A stretch of 64,000 bases of DNA, from assembly GCA_026025075.1 (NCBI GenBank), contig JAPEUI010000017.1:62001-126000 (forward strand), written 5' to 3'. A model generated the notes under the pieces. That model was not told where the DNA came from, did no database searches, and worked only from the letters and a program-made list of their open reading frames with translations. How positions within the stretch are numbered: position 1 is the stretch's first letter; each line of letters opens with the position of its first letter. The DNA is from Vezdaea acicularis (lineage: Eukaryota). Of this stretch, positions 59,650 to 64,000 are shown one piece after another. The position numbers were made by a program, and so were the translations under genes.

Positions 59650-62072
59650 ATGAACACCCAGAACAATGCGCCACCTCCAAATTCACCGGCATTTACTACG
59701 ACAGCGCTGCCCGCCTTGAACGTCCGTAAGATCAGGTCACCTCTCGGCCCGAGAGGGCAGTCAGTCGCAGCTTCGACCTCAACCTTATCGTATAGACAAC
59801 CCAGTGCTTCCTTGTCGTCCTTATTTGCTTCTACCTCTAGCTTCAAAACATTATATCCGAGATTACCTAGTGAAGTTGGTCTTTCAGCCCAGCCTTCTAT
59901 CAATGGAGTATCGACTCCTGCTCTCCCCACCTCTTCTGATCATTTTGACAATGGATCTGCGCCAAGTGCGATTGTGATGGAGGCGTTTGCTCCGCATATT
60001 GCTATATATGCATCTGAAGACACCGAAGAGCTTGTGAAGTCTAAAGGATTTCCTGGGGGGCTCCTACAACTACTGAGACCTTACGGAGACACTGTGCATG
60101 GAAAGGTGACTGTGCGAGACAGCACAGGCCTTAGTCGTCCTTGGGATGATTTTTCTGTGCGATTTGTTGCGCTAGGTGATGGCCTTGGAGACCCCCAGGA
60201 GGCGATACGTCGTAGTCAAGATTTACAAGCAATGACAACAAACGGCGAGAAAGTATCGGCGGACGCTCTTCGTTCCCGGATTTCCTCTGCTATTCGAACC
60301 GGAGGAGATATTGGCCAAATTGAAGACCTAATCGAGCGCCACTTAAACTTCGCTCAGGACACTATATCCAGTCAATCTGAGAGCCTTTGGAGCCACAAAG
60401 CCACTAGGCGCCTAAACGCATCGTCAAGATCACCTTTTTTTGCTCTCTATTTACGTAGACTCTTATCTGGCATACCTCTAAGTCCTCACGAAACGTTCAC
60501 ACATCCAGTCTGCTGCGTTATCGCAATAAGCTCACGGAATTCGTCACCAATAGAGACGCTCAGGCAACTCTTTCATGATACGAACCGTGGCGATAGGAGA
60601 CTGCCTTCTTGGGTGAACAATGAATATCTTCGATATTATTTACTCATTCATGATGAAGATCGAGACGACTTCGCTAAATCCAGTCTGCTTTTCGATCAAA
60701 TGCGGCGACATTTTGGTCTACAATGTCATCTCCTACGCTTAAAGAGCAGCCAATGTATGCCAACGGATGATGATAGCCGCCACGCCTCTACCACAAAGTG
60801 GCTTTCTGCCGCAGAGGAACTTGCAGAAATAAGCGCGATAGGTGAGTACGCATATTATATTGAAGGACATCGCGCTAAGCAGTTCTAGAAAGCAGCGATG
60901 ATATCGAAGACCGAACACCTTGCCTTTTTGAATCAGATCATACAGCGCTTAGGAGCTTCGTCCGAGATATGGTGACTCAGTCCGTTATACCTAGCATGGA
61001 ACGCAATGTAGCTTCCTGGAATGACCAGGTAGCTTCTCGAAGACGAGGGATCAGTGGACGTTTCATGTCCCTTTCCAAAAAGTGGACAGGCTTTGGCAGT
61101 TCTTCTCGGATCGGATCGGGTGGAAATCTTGCAGGAGGTTCCAGCGGTTCAAACAGCAATTACGACGCCTTGCAAGGCTTCTATCGACCGGATACTCCAG
61201 AGGCATTGATGAGAAAACTAGCAGACTACGCCTTCATGCTGAGGGACTGGAGATTCGCTTATGGAGTGTACGATTTACTAAGATCGGATTTCAACAATGA
61301 CAAGGCATGGAAGTACCATGCCGGAGTAAACGAGATGGCCGCAATCAGTGCCCTATTATCACCTGGAGCAGCTTTTCTAAAGGCTCGTGCAGATAATGTT
61401 GACACCATGCTCGAGACAGCGTGCTACTCCTATATTACTCGATGCAGCTTACCGTACGAGGCCCTGAGGTGTTTATGCCTCGGTATTGAGCTTTTTCCTT
61501 CCGGTGGAGGCTTTGGCCCCGAAAATGCTGCGAATTGGGCAACGCGCGTCCTTGAGCTCAAACTTTCGCGGTCGATTGGGAACGCTTTGTTTATCGAAAA
61601 GGTGGCGGAATGCTATGGTGCACGCACCAAATACTCCGGGCCGACTCCTTGGAAGATGAGGCGACGAAAGTCTGCCTTTTGGAATATACTCGCCGCGGAC
61701 GCGTGGCTAAAACTTGGGAAGCATCTGCAGGCAGAACTTTGTCTCGAGGATGCCATAGAGACGTACGGCAGAATGTCCAACATAGATAATTTTCTAAAGT
61801 TTGATGAGGCCCAAGCATTCATCGGTCAACTACGTCATGAGCTTCGCATACAGGTAGCAGAGGCTCAAGGAGTTGAACCTGATGAGGCTGATCCCAAGGA
61901 CGGGGAAACCCTGCTTATACAGGAGGAGAGCGAGACTTTAGATCGTCGGGGTCATCGAAAGAGCCTAATTGGAATCAATGGTGCACCTTTTGCAGGGTAC
62001 GATGGAGGCACTTTGAATCCGGCACATGCTACGCATTCGGCGAATTCCTCGCGAGATGAAAGCTTTCAATAG
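59650..62072 (+). CDS. TRS85: TRAPP III-specific subunit Trs85 (Gsg1 / TRAPPC8-like)
   Basis: PHETFTHPVCCVIAISS, FVRDMVTQSVIPSMER, MRKLADYAFMLRDW and DKAWKYHAG motifs; intron 60842-60888 joins the two ORFs in phase. Confidence 0.9.
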
Positions 62073-63250
62073 GACATATTTGGGTCTAGTAGGATTTTCG
62101 GGATTTGTGGGTCATTCGGCATAGCAACTGGTGTTTGGCTGCTCCAGCGTTCCTATACATTGGCATAAGCTGGCGCATAAGTTGTGTAATGTCAACGCGC
62201 AAAGAACGAAATTATTAGAGGATAATCATTTGAAGGGGAAACATTGAGAGGTACTGACTGATATGAACAATCGCTTGGTTAAAGCCGCTGGCCTTTGTTA
62301 TCAAACCAGTCGAAGGCTAGCGCAGTATCATTCTATATTCTTATATTGATGCCGCTCGAATCAAGTCTCAGGAGGTGATATCGACTTATATATAGAATTT
62401 AAGAGACCGTAAATGCTCCATGGGTACTGGATTAACAACTCGTAGGCGTCAACATCAAGTGGGGGCATAAAAGATACCAGATCTCAGGCTTGCAAGGCCA
62501 GCGATAATCTTCCAAAGCATGACTAGCCCAAATTCAGCTTTTACAGGAGGAGATCAACAGTATATCAGTGTCAGTGTCAACTGAGCACTCCATCAATCCG
62601 CGCCAGCAATGCGCCTCTCCGGTGCTAGACACCGTCCGACGGACAGGATTGTCTTCCCTCTTGTTAACGGCAATTGATATGAATAATTACTTGACCGGCA
62701 ACCAAAAAATGGCTAGCGAGGCTGGTCGCTGACACGAAGCTCACACAACTCTGCAGGACGCAAGTGCAATTGGCCGATTTGGCGTGGCAGAACTGGAACC
62801 AGCCCAGATCGGCAATGCCAACTCTGTGTTTACGGATAGCTTGACTCCGACAGTATTCTAAGAATATTCGGGAAACATTAATATATATATTATATATTAT
62901 TTATCGATATAGAACAGATATGTGCTTTGTAGCTTTTTGAAAACTAAAGTAGAGGTAATGATTAAGGACTAAACTAGTAGTGACAAATCCAGAACAAGTT
63001 TTGGGGTAAAATATCACTTAAACCCACGGGATTAAAACTTAGTCTCAAAGGTACAGAGTTAATTTTCTTTTAAAATCTAATATTAAATTGATTCTATCAA
63101 TCTATATAAAATATATTATAAAAATATTCATTTAATAAAAGACTTCGTCCTAATGCTCCCAAACGTGGGCTTTTTCCGTCTTAATACAAAATCGAGCCGG
63201 TAACAAAGTAAAGCCACTGTCAGTCACTTACCCCTGAAATGCAGCGCGTA

Positions 63251-64000
63251 TTATTGCTCGACTCGCTGCTGCTTGAAAAGTGATTTGCCCTTCAGCCATT
63301 GTCGATAGGCTTTATACCTTTTCTTGGGCGCATCCGCTTCGGTGACGGTCAAAGGGTCGTCTGATATAGTAAGAAATTCAGTATAGTCAGCTAGATCATC
63401 CTCTGTGTAATGAACCGATGCCATTGCGTCCGGTGAGATTCCTCTAACATAATCCAAAAATTCCAGGTTTGGGTTTGGTGGCGTCTCTGTTGATGCAACA
63501 AGTGGAAGACTGAGTGGATGACTTATATATCGCCGGTACTCTTCTGCTTCCGTAGCGGTGATTGCCGGATCTAAGGATTGTTTAACAAATTGGTCTAAAG
63601 TCCATTGCGACGCTGGCCCCTTATCAGAAGGCAGCAGGCCCTTCTCTTGCGAGGTCTCTTTCATGATACTAGGAAAGTTCGAATTCTTCTCGTTTCCTTG
63701 CGGATGCAGCCATCGGTGAGCAGGGCCTCGAGAGTTGACTGACAAATGAGATGTTGTGGCATCACTATCACCATCCTGCGGTTCAACGATTGTGACACCT
63801 TTCCGACCTTTCTTTTTCTCGACCATCTCGGGCTCTGCGCCAACACGCACTCGAAAAGGACTTAGATCATACTTCCCCTCTTGAGTGGATTTGAAAGGGA
63901 TATAACGCCAAGGGGAATTCATTCTGAAGGAAAATATTTTTTGAAAAGATGACACTGCAAGAGGTCGGTAGTACTCGAGCCAAAAGTCATCAAAGTAATT
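63251..64000 (-). CDS. FIG4: C-terminal part of a probable Sac-domain polyphosphoinositide phosphatase Fig4 (runs off the window end)
   Basis: The frame is open to the window end (NYFDDFWLEYYRP...DLSPFRVR); the tail KKRYKAYRQWLKGKSLFKQ resembles filamentous-fungal Fig4 from memory; the catalytic domain is outside the window. Confidence 0.6.
   Translation of the reverse strand, partial: NYFDDFWLEYYRPLAVSSFQKIFSFRMNSPWRYIPFKSTQEGKYDLSPFRVRVGAEPEMVEKKKGRKGVTIVEPQDGDSDATTSHLSVNSRGPAHRWLHPQGNEKNSNFPSIMKETSQEKGLLPSDKGPASQWTLDQFVKQSLDPAITATEAEEYRRYISHPLSLPLVASTETPPNPNLEFLDYVRGISPDAMASVHYTEDDLADYTEFLTISDDPLTVTEADAPKKRYKAYRQWLKGKSLFKQQRVEQ

Noticed and set aside
62860..63190. AT-rich patch between TRS85 and FIG4 as a TE relic
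   Set aside because: No terminal repeats or internal similarity were detectable by eye; it may simply be a terminator region of convergent genes.

Overview
Filamentous ascomycete (Pezizomycotina-type) genomic DNA with short spliceosomal introns. Conserved housekeeping genes lie on both sides: an ERG26-like sterol dehydrogenase, an FMN-binding PNPOx-like protein, an OSCA/TMEM63 channel, MCM6, FNIP/Lst4, IML1, VCX1, a SNF2-RING helicase, TTI2, CCA1, TRS85 and a partial FIG4. They flank an accessory island at about 21.5-36.6 kb. The island's centre is an intact, very young Ty3/gypsy chromovirus (25115-33340, minus strand). It has apparently identical 378-bp LTRs, a CTATC target-site duplication, a -1 gag-pol frameshift signal with a pseudoknot, and a Tf1-type self-priming site. 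It is inserted in opposite orientation into an older LTR of its own family. The element also carries an extra antisense, two-intron gene (26019-27446, about 439 aa) with a variant Zn2Cys6-like motif, which is the best candidate for an undescribed system. The island further contains an orphan five-exon gene, a candidate structured ncRNA, and decayed fold-back repeats. All calls come from reading the sequence by eye; no database searches were run.
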